Shown here: piece after piece, positions 9,070-18,773 of the stretch
Layout: every line of letters starts with the position of its first letter
Numbering within the stretch: position 1 is the first letter of the stretch
Origin: Candidatus Hadarchaeota archaeon
Lineage (GTDB): Archaea > CAYQAE01 > CAYVLA01
Assembly: GCA_964621445.1 (NCBI GenBank)
Contig: CAZUNO010000029.1
Span: forward strand, 5,186-32,544
Direction of reading: 5' to 3'
DNA length: 27,359 nucleotides
Position numbers and translations under genes: made by a program
The notes under the pieces: generated by a model
The model's database searches: none
Told to the model about the DNA's origin: nothing
The model's input: the letters and a program-made list of their open reading frames with translations, nothing else

Positions 9070-9948
9070 CTATCCGGTTTCCTCGCGATACAGAAGAATC
9101 GAACAGGGCATCTTTTGTACTATCTCCCACAGGCGACGGTTCCTATCCACAAGCCTGTCCAGGGCACCCGAAACTGGCTTCTCCAATACCAGGAGCTCGG
9201 TCTCGGTCTCCTCTATCTGCTCCTCCAGATCGCCGACCTCATCCCCATCAAATATCCTTCCCTCCCGGGACAATCCAGCGTCCGATGCCACCTGAAGCAG
9301 GGTCCTTAGAAGCTCCTCCGCCTTGGCCTCCCCTTCCTCATGGGGTACCACCACATCCAGTTGGGAGTCAAAGATCTCGGCCATCTCCAAACCTGTCCGG
9401 AAAGCTGCCGAGTTCTCATCCCTTGCTAGAACGGATATGTTGGCCAAACCGGTGGTACGCTTCACCACCAGAACCGATGTGAGGGCTTTCTTCACCACCT
9501 CCATGGCCACCGACCCCACGGTGTCCATCTCCCAGCGGTCGTCCTCCCCGTTTCCCATCACCACCAGATCCATATCCCCCTGTTTAGCAAGATCGATCAG
9601 GACCTCGGAGGGCTCCTTGAACCTGATTATATCCGTTTTTGCCTCAACCCCCTCCGAATCGAGAACCGATCTGGCATCGGCGATCACCGCCTCAGCTCTC
9701 TGTTCAAGGCCCGAGCTTATGGACTCCTCGACCTCCGAACCCCCGGTCTCCGTTTCAACCGCTATGGTGCGGTATGGGGAGCCGGCATAGCTGAACTCGG
9801 AGGACTGGGGCACCTCGGGTAACGAGGGGATGACGTTTACCACCTTGACCGGCGATCCCATTTCCCGTGCCAGAACTGCCGCCAGGTTCACCGCTTGCAG
9901 GGAGGCCCGGTACTCATCGGCAGCGATGAGGATCTTTTCAAAAATCAA
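9070..9948 (-). CDS. universal stress protein (tandem USP domains)
   Basis: FEKILIAAD N-terminus, DLVVMG...VGSVA..VV....SVLVVK; degenerate second domain ending PCSILLYR. Confidence 0.88.
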   Translation of the reverse strand: MIFEKILIAADEYRASLQAVNLAAVLAREMGSPVKVVNVIPSLPEVPQSSEFSYAGSPYRTIAVETETGGSEVEESISSGLEQRAEAVIADARSVLDSEGVEAKTDIIRFKEPSEVLIDLAKQGDMDLVVMGNGEDDRWEMDTVGSVAMEVVKKALTSVLVVKRTTGLANISVLARDENSAAFRTGLEMAEIFDSQLDVVVPHEEGEAKAEELLRTLLQVASDAGLSREGRIFDGDEVGDLEEQIEETETELLVLEKPVSGALDRLVDRNRRLWEIVQKMPCSILLYREETG

Positions 9949-10075
9949 TTAAACGCCCCTTCCGAGGATCCTAGCATACCTTAATTTTCTTTCTGAATCA
10001 CCATGCAAGGACCATTATCCGCGTATAAATCGAAACATATTTTGCCCGACATCTCAACCTACCAGGCGAGAGACC

Positions 10076-10546
10076 ATGGATATCGAAAAGAAGCTTCTCG
10101 ACATGGGCATAGAACTGCCCCAACCGCCTAAACCCCTGGGTGCTTACGTTCCGGCAGTGGTATCTGAACCCCTAATATTCGTCTCCGGAGAAAAGGCATC
10201 GGTGAAGGGAAAACTGAAATTCAGGGGAAAGGTCGGCGGAGACCTGTCCCTGGAGGAGGGATATCAGGCCGCGCGGATCTGCGGCATAAACTGCCTGGCC
10301 TGTCTCAAGTGGGCGGTCAAGGACCTGGACAGGATAGATCGCATATTGAAAGTTGTGGGGTATGTGAACAGTGCTCCAGGATTCAACCAACAGCCCAAGG
10401 TGGTAAACGGGGCCTCCGAGCTTTTACTTGAACTCTTCGGTGACAGCGGACAACACGCGCGGGTCGCTGTGGGGGTCAACGAGCTACCGGACGACTCGCC
10501 GGTCGAGGTGGCCCTAGTGGCAAGAAAGGTCAGCAAGAAGCCCTAG
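10076..10546 (+). CDS. RidA/YjgF superfamily protein (Rid1/2-like)
   Basis: LP.PPKPLGAYVP, GKVGGDLSLEEG, VVNGASELL..LFG..GQHARVAVGV.ELP...PVEV. Confidence 0.9.
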   Translation: MDIEKKLLDMGIELPQPPKPLGAYVPAVVSEPLIFVSGEKASVKGKLKFRGKVGGDLSLEEGYQAARICGINCLACLKWAVKDLDRIDRILKVVGYVNSAPGFNQQPKVVNGASELLLELFGDSGQHARVAVGVNELPDDSPVEVALVARKVSKKP

Positions 10547-10567
10547 GAGGCCAGGAGAGCGAAGTGG

Positions 10568-11665
10568 ATGTCGAGAATCAAGATCAAGTCCACCATATCC
10601 GAAATCGAACCCTATGTACCGGGAACATCCAGCCATGACACGGGACGACCCCTGACCAAGATGTCCTCGAACGAGAATCCCTACGGTCCATCCCCCCTGG
10701 CGGTGAGGGCCATAAGGGAACACTCCACCGAGGTCAACCGATATCCGGACAAGCAGGCCAGGGATTTGAAGGAGGCCCTCTCGGACCTACTGAAAACCCC
10801 CCAGGATTGTATTTACGTGGGCAATGGGTCCGATGATCTTCTACAGAACCTAGCCAAGCTATTTCTCTCCGAGGGACAGAACCTAGTGACCCACTCCCCC
10901 TTTTCCACTTACAAGACCATCGCGGCCAGCATGGGCGCTGAGAGACGCCTGGTTGGTCGTCCCGGCGACCTCGGTATCGACGTGGACTCCCTCATGGATG
11001 CATGCGATAAGGAAACGAGAATACTACTGGTATGCACTCCCAACAACCCCACCGGCACCATTCTTGGCCCTGATGATGTGGACAGGCTGGTCTCATTCAC
11101 CAGCGAGAGGAGAATGCTACTGGTGGTTGACGAGGCGTATTATGACTTCTCGGATCAATACCAATCCCCGGCCAACAGGATAGTCCCCGACCAGCTGGAT
11201 CTGGTGGTGACCAGGACCTTTTCCAAGGCCTACGGCCTTGCCGGTCTCCGAATCGGCTACGGCATAGCCACCTCGGAGATAGTTCGCTACCTGGACCTGG
11301 TCCGGATGCCCTTCAATGCCAGCTCCCTGGCCCAGGAAGCGGCCATAGCGGGCATAAAGGACCGGGAGCACTTCGATTCAACGGTAAAGAAGGTCAAGGA
11401 ACAGAGAGATCGACTTAGCCGGGATCTGGAGAGTATCGGTCTTGAGCCCGCGCCATCGGAGGCCAACTTCCTGCTGGTTTCCCTGGAGGGCACGGGCATG
11501 ACCGCATCGGAATTCACCCGGGAACTCCTCAACCATGGTTACGCCATCAGGGACTGCACCAGCTTTCAGCTACCTCGGCACGTCAGGATCACCGTGGGCA
11601 CCCCGGAGATGAACCAGGGGCTGGTAACGTCCATGGAGAAGGTGCTATCCGCTAATCATCGATGA
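10568..11665 (+). CDS. hisC: histidinol-phosphate aminotransferase (class II PLP enzyme)
   Basis: SSNENPYGPSP, NRYPD, GNGSD, PNNPTG, DEAY, RTFSKAYGLAGLRIGY. Confidence 0.85.
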   Translation: MSRIKIKSTISEIEPYVPGTSSHDTGRPLTKMSSNENPYGPSPLAVRAIREHSTEVNRYPDKQARDLKEALSDLLKTPQDCIYVGNGSDDLLQNLAKLFLSEGQNLVTHSPFSTYKTIAASMGAERRLVGRPGDLGIDVDSLMDACDKETRILLVCTPNNPTGTILGPDDVDRLVSFTSERRMLLVVDEAYYDFSDQYQSPANRIVPDQLDLVVTRTFSKAYGLAGLRIGYGIATSEIVRYLDLVRMPFNASSLAQEAAIAGIKDREHFDSTVKKVKEQRDRLSRDLESIGLEPAPSEANFLLVSLEGTGMTASEFTRELLNHGYAIRDCTSFQLPRHVRITVGTPEMNQGLVTSMEKVLSANHR

Positions 11666-12401
11666 ACCGCGATAGGTCGCTCTGGGGCGTTTTCCTCCGG
11701 AGCTTGAGAGGGTCGATCCTCTTCAGTTCCAGGTTATACCTGACCAGAAGTCTTCTGGCCTTGCTCGACGATGAGGGCGCCACCAGGACACCCCTCACCT
11801 TACCCTCGGTCTTTTTCTTCAGGGTCTCCACATATCGCTTAAGCTGCTCAACATCATGGGGCGTGGCCTTGGACCTCTTAACCTCCACAGCCACCGGGTT
11901 ACCCTCGGAATCGACCCCGCTTATGTCGATCCTCCCTGCCAGGGTAACCCTCTCATTCTTGCTCAGCTTGAACCCCTTCTCAATCAAGGAGGGATCGCTT
12001 ATCAGGTCCCTGACGAAATCCTTTTCGGTACCATGTAGATCTATTCTCTCGTAGTCCTCGAGGTCGAAGCTCTCCAGAATCTTTACCGAATGAACGGTGA
12101 TCTCCATTCTTTCCCGGCGACGGTGCTTAGTGCTCACCATCTTAAGGGCTCCATCGACCATCTTCAGCCTGGTCTTGGACCTGGGCGGCATCCAGTTCAC
12201 CGGATTTCTCCCCATTTTCTGGTGAACTATGACCGTGCCATCCCTCTTGAGGATGAGTATTCTCTCACCCTTGCCAAGCCTGGATTTGGCCCTTCCCTTG
12301 TAATCTATCTTACACTCACAAACCAGGAAAATCGTCTTCCCGGCCCTCATCCTCTCCAGAAGCTCTTCCTTAACCGAGCTTAATTCGCGTTCGAACGGCA
12401 A
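11652..12401 (-). CDS. nucS: endonuclease NucS/EndoMS
   Basis: Y.GRAKSRL..GERI.I.K.DG.V.VH, PVNWMPP, GRIDI...D......VEVKR, QLKRY; start placed at TTG 12401. Confidence 0.93.
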   Translation of the reverse strand: MPFERELSSVKEELLERMRAGKTIFLVCECKIDYKGRAKSRLGKGERILILKRDGTVIVHQKMGRNPVNWMPPRSKTRLKMVDGALKMVSTKHRRRERMEITVHSVKILESFDLEDYERIDLHGTEKDFVRDLISDPSLIEKGFKLSKNERVTLAGRIDISGVDSEGNPVAVEVKRSKATPHDVEQLKRYVETLKKKTEGKVRGVLVAPSSSSKARRLLVRYNLELKRIDPLKLRRKTPQSDLSRFIDD

Positions 12402-12484
12402 ACAACACCAATGGTTCCCCGGGTTCTTATATTTGATAGCCCCGGGATGTAAAGGATTATATCCCCGGATTCGTATCACCCAGC

Positions 12485-13024
12485 ATGCTGGAACCGCAGG
12501 ATGTCTCTCTACTGGTAGTAGATTTACAGGGCAAACTGGTCTCCCTTATGAGCGGAAAGGAGCAACTGATTGAGAATGTTCGCCGTCTCATAAAAGGAAT
12601 GAAGATCCTTGAGGTCCCAATAATATGGGTGGAGCAGAACCCCTCGGGGCTTGGACCTACCGTGACTGAGATAGCGGAGCTGATGCCCGAGCTGGACCCC
12701 TTGGAGAAGATGACCTTCAGTTGCTGCGGCAACCAGAGGGTCCTGAACAGTATACGGGCCACCGAACGCAAACATGTCCTTCTATCGGGCATTGAGACCC
12801 ACGTTTGTATCTACCAGACGGCCATTGAGCTTATGGAACTCGGGTACGGGGTGGAGGTAGTGGCCGATGCGGTGTCATCTCGCCGGGAGAGTGACAAGAG
12901 GGTCTCCATCCAGAGGATCCTGAGCCAAGGGGCTGGAATCACCTCTACCGAGATGGTTTTATTCGAGCTTCTCAAGATTGCCCAAGGGGATAGGTTCAAG
13001 AGCATACTCAAGCTAGTCAAGTAG
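12485..13024 (+). CDS. isochorismatase family hydrolase (YcaC/ISOC-like)
   Basis: LLVVDLQ, EQNP.GLG.TV, EKMTFSC, GIETHVCIYQT, DAVSSR. Confidence 0.92.
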   Translation: MLEPQDVSLLVVDLQGKLVSLMSGKEQLIENVRRLIKGMKILEVPIIWVEQNPSGLGPTVTEIAELMPELDPLEKMTFSCCGNQRVLNSIRATERKHVLLSGIETHVCIYQTAIELMELGYGVEVVADAVSSRRESDKRVSIQRILSQGAGITSTEMVLFELLKIAQGDRFKSILKLVK

Positions 13025-15161
13025 TCCTTTCCAATTTGCGGAGCACGGATCCTACCAGGATTCCCACCATCAGGACCGATACTAAAAAGGTAATTCCCTC
13101 GGAAATCGATTCCCTGAGCCTGAGGGGGTACTCGGTGAACTTCCTGGCCGGTCCCAGCTGACCCTCGTCGAAGAACTCCCGGGCCCGTTCCAGGAAAATC
13201 TCGTGCCTGGAGGTATCTATGCCCTTGTCCTTTGCCATCTCGATGGCCTCGGCGGCGGAATCGATCAATTTGGACACGATATCCCGTTCAATTTGGAAAG
13301 CAATGTTCTCCGCCTGCTCCAACTGGTGGGCCAGGGTTTCCCCGTCAATATGTACACCCAGTTGGGCCTCCAGATCCCTTGCATTCTCCGTCCAGTTCCC
13401 CACGCTAAGGTTCAGGCCACGTGCCTCTTCCAGCTTCTCCTGCACCTGGTCCAGGGTTAACATGATCTCTGCCAAGGTTCCCACCGGGGCCTTGGTCAGG
13501 TTCCATTCCCCAAACTTGTCAATGGCCAATAGATATCCCTGAAAGACGTCATCGGCCATGGCCTGGCTGACGTTTAGAAGCAGAGAATAACGTCCATCGC
13601 CCGAAAACCGGTCGGGTCCCGTGCCATCATCCCTCATCTCCATCTTCAGACCACCCTCGATCCTGGGATTGAGCCTGAAAATGACCCCCGATATCTCCTT
13701 TCCCGCGGGATGATTTACCTCCAGAGAGATCAATAATCCCTGCTCGGTTGAATTCATCGACAGCTCCCCGAAAGAAGGCACCTGGGGAGGTGATCCGCTC
13801 CAGTTACGGTACTCAAGATAGTCAAGCAGTGTATCCATGTTCCTGTGGAAGGTCCGGGAGATTATCCAACCGTCATCGACCCATCTACCCCATTCGTCCA
13901 GAGCATCGATGACCGAATTCACCTCGTCCTCCATCTCTTCGGCCCGCTGCTCCTTCTCTTGCTCGGTAAGTTCACGGTTCCGCCAGGCCAGGTAATCCTC
14001 CCGGCCCTTGTCCATGACCATCTGATACATCCTTATCGCTCCCTTTCCGTATCCCCCCTGCCAGCCATATCCGTATCTGCGCTCATCACCAAGATCGGAT
14101 ATATTGTAGGTGAGCTTCCTGTCCCTATCACAGTAAATGGGTATGTTCGTCCCCAGTTCGTAGAACCGGGCCCATGTGTCCTCTCCTATCCTTGATCGAT
14201 TGAACCATTCTATGGCCGCTGGTATCGGTTCCAAGTAGGTTTCGTTACCGGTGAAAAGGTAAAGCTCGAGGAGCGTTTCGATATTATCTCCCGTTACACG
14301 GCTGCAGACCGCCGGAGGTTCAAATGATCTCGCCCACGCGGGATTCATGTCCCAGTCGTATTGTTGTGCCCAGCCGGGTTGAGGCTCCTGGAGCTGGGAC
14401 TTTATTATGAAATCCCCGGCCCTTTCCGCGCTCTTCAGATATCTATGGTCACCGTAGAGTTCATAGGCCTCCATCATGGTGGAAATACAGTCGTTAATGA
14501 CCTGATCATTGAAGGTGTAGTAATCCGAATACCTGTCGGGATAATCCCCTGATAGCGGATATACCTGGGGCCACGCCCCGTTCGGGAACTGGCTCTCCAT
14601 CATGAAATCCAGGGCGTACATGGTCGCCTCTGTGTAGGGATCCCTCTCCATTATCTGGTCCACGCCCATAAGTAGCCGTATAGCACTCTGGCTCACATCG
14701 TCGTCGAAGGTCACCCAGTTATCATCGTCGGGATCACCATCTGCCTCGTGCCTGTACCTATAATTTCCCTCACCCAGAAAATCGATAACATATCGCCATC
14801 CGCCGCTCTCCATCTGCCCCCATATCAGGGAATCCGCTACCGCTACCGCGGCCTCCAGATACCTCTCATCACCCGTTACCTGGTATGCCCTGAGGTAGGT
14901 CTGGCCAAAGGTCGGAGTACCAGGCGGCTGGACCCAGATTCTGGTGGGAGCCTCCGTTCCCTCCCCTATCCACACGGTGAGATCCTCGCTGTATTCACCC
15001 AGGTATCCCCCGTGACAGGACAGATTGGTCCGGAAAAAACGGGTTGCATCCCTCATGGCACGGATAGCCCTCTGCGAGGTGTTGTCCGAGGCCATGGCCC
15101 CGGCCGAAGACAGGGTAACCATAATGATAGTAAAGATCGCGATTTCTGTGGCCGTGTTCAT
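13017..15161 (-). CDS. secreted, membrane-anchored polysaccharide lyase family 10 (pectic acid lyase/PelA-like)
   Basis: N-terminal signal peptide; PL10 motifs TFDD, QFPNGAWPQ.YP, TFND, GWAQQYD...PAWARSFEP, WARFYE..TN.PIYCDRD, ERRYGY.W; then a DDG..D...GDG.YS module, a helical stalk and a C-terminal TM with basic tail. Confidence 0.85.
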   Translation of the reverse strand: MNTATEIAIFTIIMVTLSSAGAMASDNTSQRAIRAMRDATRFFRTNLSCHGGYLGEYSEDLTVWIGEGTEAPTRIWVQPPGTPTFGQTYLRAYQVTGDERYLEAAVAVADSLIWGQMESGGWRYVIDFLGEGNYRYRHEADGDPDDDNWVTFDDDVSQSAIRLLMGVDQIMERDPYTEATMYALDFMMESQFPNGAWPQVYPLSGDYPDRYSDYYTFNDQVINDCISTMMEAYELYGDHRYLKSAERAGDFIIKSQLQEPQPGWAQQYDWDMNPAWARSFEPPAVCSRVTGDNIETLLELYLFTGNETYLEPIPAAIEWFNRSRIGEDTWARFYELGTNIPIYCDRDRKLTYNISDLGDERRYGYGWQGGYGKGAIRMYQMVMDKGREDYLAWRNRELTEQEKEQRAEEMEDEVNSVIDALDEWGRWVDDGWIISRTFHRNMDTLLDYLEYRNWSGSPPQVPSFGELSMNSTEQGLLISLEVNHPAGKEISGVIFRLNPRIEGGLKMEMRDDGTGPDRFSGDGRYSLLLNVSQAMADDVFQGYLLAIDKFGEWNLTKAPVGTLAEIMLTLDQVQEKLEEARGLNLSVGNWTENARDLEAQLGVHIDGETLAHQLEQAENIAFQIERDIVSKLIDSAAEAIEMAKDKGIDTSRHEIFLERAREFFDEGQLGPARKFTEYPLRLRESISEGITFLVSVLMVGILVGSVLRKLERTT

Positions 15162-15187
15162 AAAACCCAGTCCACCCTTAAAGGCAC

Positions 15188-16030
15188 TTAACGTTTTCCC
15201 TCTCCCTCCACCAGATTCCGGTGCAGGCGTATCTCGTTGGTCTGGCCCACCGGTATCTTCTCTATGAGATTCTTCCTCTGTAGCTCATCGGTTATTCGGG
15301 ACAGGGAAGACTTGGGTATATCGGATAGATGCCGGAGCTTCTTCTGGGAGACCTTGCCGCCCTCCTCGATCACTATGTCAATTATCTTTCTCTCCCTCTC
15401 GGTTAGGGTGGGCCTTATGGCCTCCAGCTTTGACTCCTCTAGTTTCAGGCCACCCTGCTCCTGCAGCCCGCTCTTGTATTTAGGCCAGAATATAATGGCG
15501 CTCACAATCACGAGGGCCACTATCCCCGCCGAACCCAAAGCCATGATGTACATATCGATTCCGGCGGACGAACCATCATCCAGGCGGTATTGAACGGTCA
15601 TGCTCTCCCCCGCCTGGACGGTACCCAGGAAGCTGATCACCAGGCCCTCCTCCTGCACAGATATGAGGGACCAGTTACCCCCCTGGGGATCTCCATAGAT
15701 CTTTCCGCCCTCCGGGAGGTAAACGTTGATGAACACCTCCGAGTACTCCTCCATAATATCCAGACTAAAAGTCCAGTTCCTACCAATTTTGCTGGTCAGC
15801 ATGTCGCTGGTATTTGAGAAATGTCCATCTTGAAAGACCAGCTCCCCCAGAGAGGGGTCCAATTTCCTGGTCTCGGAATTCGTTTCCCCGTAGAAAAAAA
15901 CCTCCCCGCTGGTATCCACGAAGAGATCCATCTGCAAGTAGGGACCCTGGTCCTCGGCCTGGACCGTTAGCGGAAATATGAGCAGTGCGACGAGCAGGAC
16001 CCAGGAAATCCTGCATGGAATTCCGGCCAC
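15188..16030 (-). CDS. membrane-anchored winged-HTH protein (COG2512-like): signal peptide, extracellular domain, TM, cytoplasmic wHTH
   Basis: Hydrophobic N-terminus ending VQA, TM IMALGSAGIVALVIVSAIIFW, C-terminal LTERERKII..GGKVSQKKL...IPKSSLSR...L..KNLIEK...GQTN. Confidence 0.85.
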   Translation of the reverse strand: MAGIPCRISWVLLVALLIFPLTVQAEDQGPYLQMDLFVDTSGEVFFYGETNSETRKLDPSLGELVFQDGHFSNTSDMLTSKIGRNWTFSLDIMEEYSEVFINVYLPEGGKIYGDPQGGNWSLISVQEEGLVISFLGTVQAGESMTVQYRLDDGSSAGIDMYIMALGSAGIVALVIVSAIIFWPKYKSGLQEQGGLKLEESKLEAIRPTLTERERKIIDIVIEEGGKVSQKKLRHLSDIPKSSLSRITDELQRKNLIEKIPVGQTNEIRLHRNLVEGEGKR

Positions 16031-16068
16031 GGCTCACGGTCCCGGCTCACCGGACAAATATCTTTTTG

Positions 16069-16731
16069 CTATTCTTCCCCCAATTCCGTTCCAATGGAGC
16101 TACCAAAATCACATAGGTCCTGGATAACGCAGCTCTCGCATCTCGGATTTCGGGGCCTGCATACCTTCCGACCGTGAGCTATGAGATCCAGGTGGAGCTG
16201 GTATCTAATCTCCGGTGGAACCAGCTTTTCCAGCTCCTCTCCAGCTCGCTTTCTGGGAACCGATTCATCTATCAACCCGATTCTCTGTGAAAGCCTGTAA
16301 ACGTGGGTATCCACCGGTAGAACATCCCTCCCCAGTCCGAACAGGAGTACGCAGGAAGCGGTCTTGGGACCGACCCCCTTAAGAGATTTTAGGTACTCTC
16401 GGGCCCTCGAATTGCTCATGGACTCCAGCTCGGGCTCCTGTTCTTTGAGTTCGGATGCCAGGCTGCTAATTATCCTTGCCTTCCTCCGATATAGACCCCC
16501 GGGTTCAATAGCCTTCTCGATATCCTCGACCTCAGCCTTCGCAAGTTCCTCAATGGTGGGATATCTATCCTTAAGCCTCCGGAAAGCCCTACCCGAGTTT
16601 ATATCGGAGGTGTTCTGGGAGAGAACTGTCCTTATCAGCACGTCCCCCACGTCCTCCCTGTCCCTTGACCTCTGGCCGTAGAGCTTCCGTAGCCTCCGCG
16701 CTATCTCGCGCACCCGTTTCGAATCCTTCAT
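16069..16731 (-). CDS. nth: endonuclease III family DNA glycosylase
   Basis: LSQNTSD, HhH LKGVGPKTA, PVDTHV, 4Fe-4S motif C-x6-C-x2-C-x5-C. Confidence 0.93.
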   Translation of the reverse strand: MKDSKRVREIARRLRKLYGQRSRDREDVGDVLIRTVLSQNTSDINSGRAFRRLKDRYPTIEELAKAEVEDIEKAIEPGGLYRRKARIISSLASELKEQEPELESMSNSRAREYLKSLKGVGPKTASCVLLFGLGRDVLPVDTHVYRLSQRIGLIDESVPRKRAGEELEKLVPPEIRYQLHLDLIAHGRKVCRPRNPRCESCVIQDLCDFGSSIGTELGEE

Positions 16732-16741
16732 CTCCCCATCC

Positions 16742-18121
16742 TCAGGGCACCAGGATGAATATCACGTCGCAGACATTGGTCCCCGTATAGCCCGTGAACA
16801 GGTGCCCTCCCAGCTGCTTCAGCAGCTCGTACTCGGCATTGTCGGCAATTGCCTGTTCGGGACTCATTCCCAGGTCCTCGGCCTCCTGGCAGGTCCTTTC
16901 GTCCACCAGGGTCCCCGCAGAATCGGTTGGCCCGTCCCTTCCGTCGGTGGCCAGACTAAGGAATAGACCCTTACCCTCGATCTTCCTGGACGCCGCCAGG
17001 GCCAGCTCCTGATTTCTTCCCCCGTCACCAGGTCCAACCAAGGTAACCGTGGTCTCCCCCCCTATGAGAACCAAGCATGGGGGTTTCATGGGCAGCTTCG
17101 AGAAGTTTATGGAGTTTAGGATGGTGGACGCGAATATCCCCACCTCCCGGGCCTCTCCCTCCATTCTATCGGTGAGGATGAGGCTCTGGTAGCCCCTCTT
17201 CTCCGACTCGCTCCGTGCTGCCTCCAGGGCCAACCTGTTATTCCCCACTATCAGGTTGGTGGTCTTCTCCAAGGCGGGGGCACCAGCCTTTGGCGTCTCC
17301 GGCACATTGCCGGCCAGTCCTCCCTCAAGCCTGGCCCTCACCCTTTTCGGGAGCATGTCCCGCATATCGTACTTCTCCACGATGGAATCGCAATCGTCGA
17401 AGGTCGTGCCGTCAGGCGAGGTGGGGCCGGAGGCAATGGACTGGATGGGATCCCCCACCACGTCGGACATTATCAAGCTTACCACGGTAGCCGGATACGC
17501 TGATTCCGCCAGCCTCCCACCCTTAATCCGGGAAACATGCTTTCTGACGGCGTTTACCTCGTTTATATTGGCCCCCGAGGCCAGAAGTACATCGGTTAGA
17601 TCCTTAAGGTCCTGAAGGGCTATGTCCCCGGCAGGCAGGGGGAGAAGTGCGGATCCCCCTCCGGATATGAGCATGATGAACAGGTCGTTCTCCCCGGCCT
17701 CCTCGGCCAGGTCCACGATCTCCCTTGAACCCTCAAGGCCGCCCTCATCCGGAGTGGGGTGGCCGGCCACATGGAAGACGAAGCGATCATCCAGGTCCTC
17801 CTCAGGCGCCTGGGGTACGTTGAAAATCCCCTTGCTGATCATGGACCCTAGAACCTCCCACATGCCGCGGGCCATGGGAAAACAGGCCTTCCCGCCCCCG
17901 GCCAGGAATATCCTATCGATACCGGATAGATCGATCGACTGGTCCCCAACGGACAGTACATCGCCCTCAAGGGCAACCGCCTTTTTTACCAGCGTGCAGG
18001 GATCGACTGCGGAAAGAGTGACCTCAACTATGTCCATGAGATCCCTTCTCGCCCTCTTCTCCTCCTCGTTTCGACCCTTGTCAATGAGTTGATCTCTATT
18101 CTTCACCATGTGGCCTGTCAT
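16742..18121 (-). CDS. glycerate 2-kinase (MOFRL/TtuD family)
   Basis: GKA..MA, GHP.PD, ISGGGSAL, RKHVSRIKGG.L, SDVVGD..IASGP, GGETTV, GGRNQE, TDG.DG, TGTNV.D. Confidence 0.93.
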   Translation of the reverse strand: MTGHMVKNRDQLIDKGRNEEEKRARRDLMDIVEVTLSAVDPCTLVKKAVALEGDVLSVGDQSIDLSGIDRIFLAGGGKACFPMARGMWEVLGSMISKGIFNVPQAPEEDLDDRFVFHVAGHPTPDEGGLEGSREIVDLAEEAGENDLFIMLISGGGSALLPLPAGDIALQDLKDLTDVLLASGANINEVNAVRKHVSRIKGGRLAESAYPATVVSLIMSDVVGDPIQSIASGPTSPDGTTFDDCDSIVEKYDMRDMLPKRVRARLEGGLAGNVPETPKAGAPALEKTTNLIVGNNRLALEAARSESEKRGYQSLILTDRMEGEAREVGIFASTILNSINFSKLPMKPPCLVLIGGETTVTLVGPGDGGRNQELALAASRKIEGKGLFLSLATDGRDGPTDSAGTLVDERTCQEAEDLGMSPEQAIADNAEYELLKQLGGHLFTGYTGTNVCDVIFILVP

Positions 18122-18185
18122 TTGTTAACTCCTCGGCCCCCCTCTGGGCCCTAATTTTCTTAAATATTCCCGAGATAACAGCACC

Positions 18186-18773
18186 CTATATTTCCATTAT
18201 CTCCTCGAGATTTTCACGGATTTCCCGCTCCACACTGGCGTGAATGCTCTCTCCCTTGGCGTCCATGGTCACCACCAGGGGCGAAAACCTCTCCACCTGG
18301 AGCTCGTATATGGCCTCCGGACCCATCTCCTCCCAGATAATCCGTCTCAATTTCCTGATGCTCCTGGTATAGAGGGTTGCACAGCCCCCGATAGCCGATG
18401 CGTAAACGCAGCCCGTTTTTCCCATCTGGGAGAGCACACCCTCGTCCATGCCCCCCTTGCCTATGATCATCCTTAGGTCCAGCGACCCTATCATTTCGGG
18501 GGTGATGGAATTCATTCTCGCCGATGTGGTGGGTCCTATGGACATTATCCTCACGTCCCCGCCCTCCTTCTTTACGGCCGGGCCGGCATGGAAGAGCACC
18601 GAATTGGCAAGGTCCACCGGCAAATCCTTCCCCTCCCTTATCATTTGAAGGAGGCGAAGGCAGGCCTGGTCCCGCATCGAGTAGATGGTTCCAGATATCG
18701 ATACCCTGGTCCCCACCTCCAGATCCGCCACATCCTTCCTCGACAGGGGGGTCTTCAGCTCCACGGTTATCAA
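18186..18773 (-). CDS. class I fumarate hydratase / L-tartrate dehydratase, beta subunit
   Basis: SGTIYSMRD, HAGP, GPTTSARM, IGKGGM, MD.KG.S. Confidence 0.92.
   Translation of the reverse strand: MITVELKTPLSRKDVADLEVGTRVSISGTIYSMRDQACLRLLQMIREGKDLPVDLANSVLFHAGPAVKKEGGDVRIMSIGPTTSARMNSITPEMIGSLDLRMIIGKGGMDEGVLSQMGKTGCVYASAIGGCATLYTRSIRKLRRIIWEEMGPEAIYELQVERFSPLVVTMDAKGESIHASVEREIRENLEEIMEI

Noticed and set aside
12402-12479. N-terminal extension of NucS
   Set aside because: Covers the AT-rich divergent promoter between nucS and the isochorismatase gene
6622-13024. Short 3' overlaps of convergent genes (6622-6629, 11652-11665, 13017-13024)
   Set aside because: Common in compact archaeal genomes
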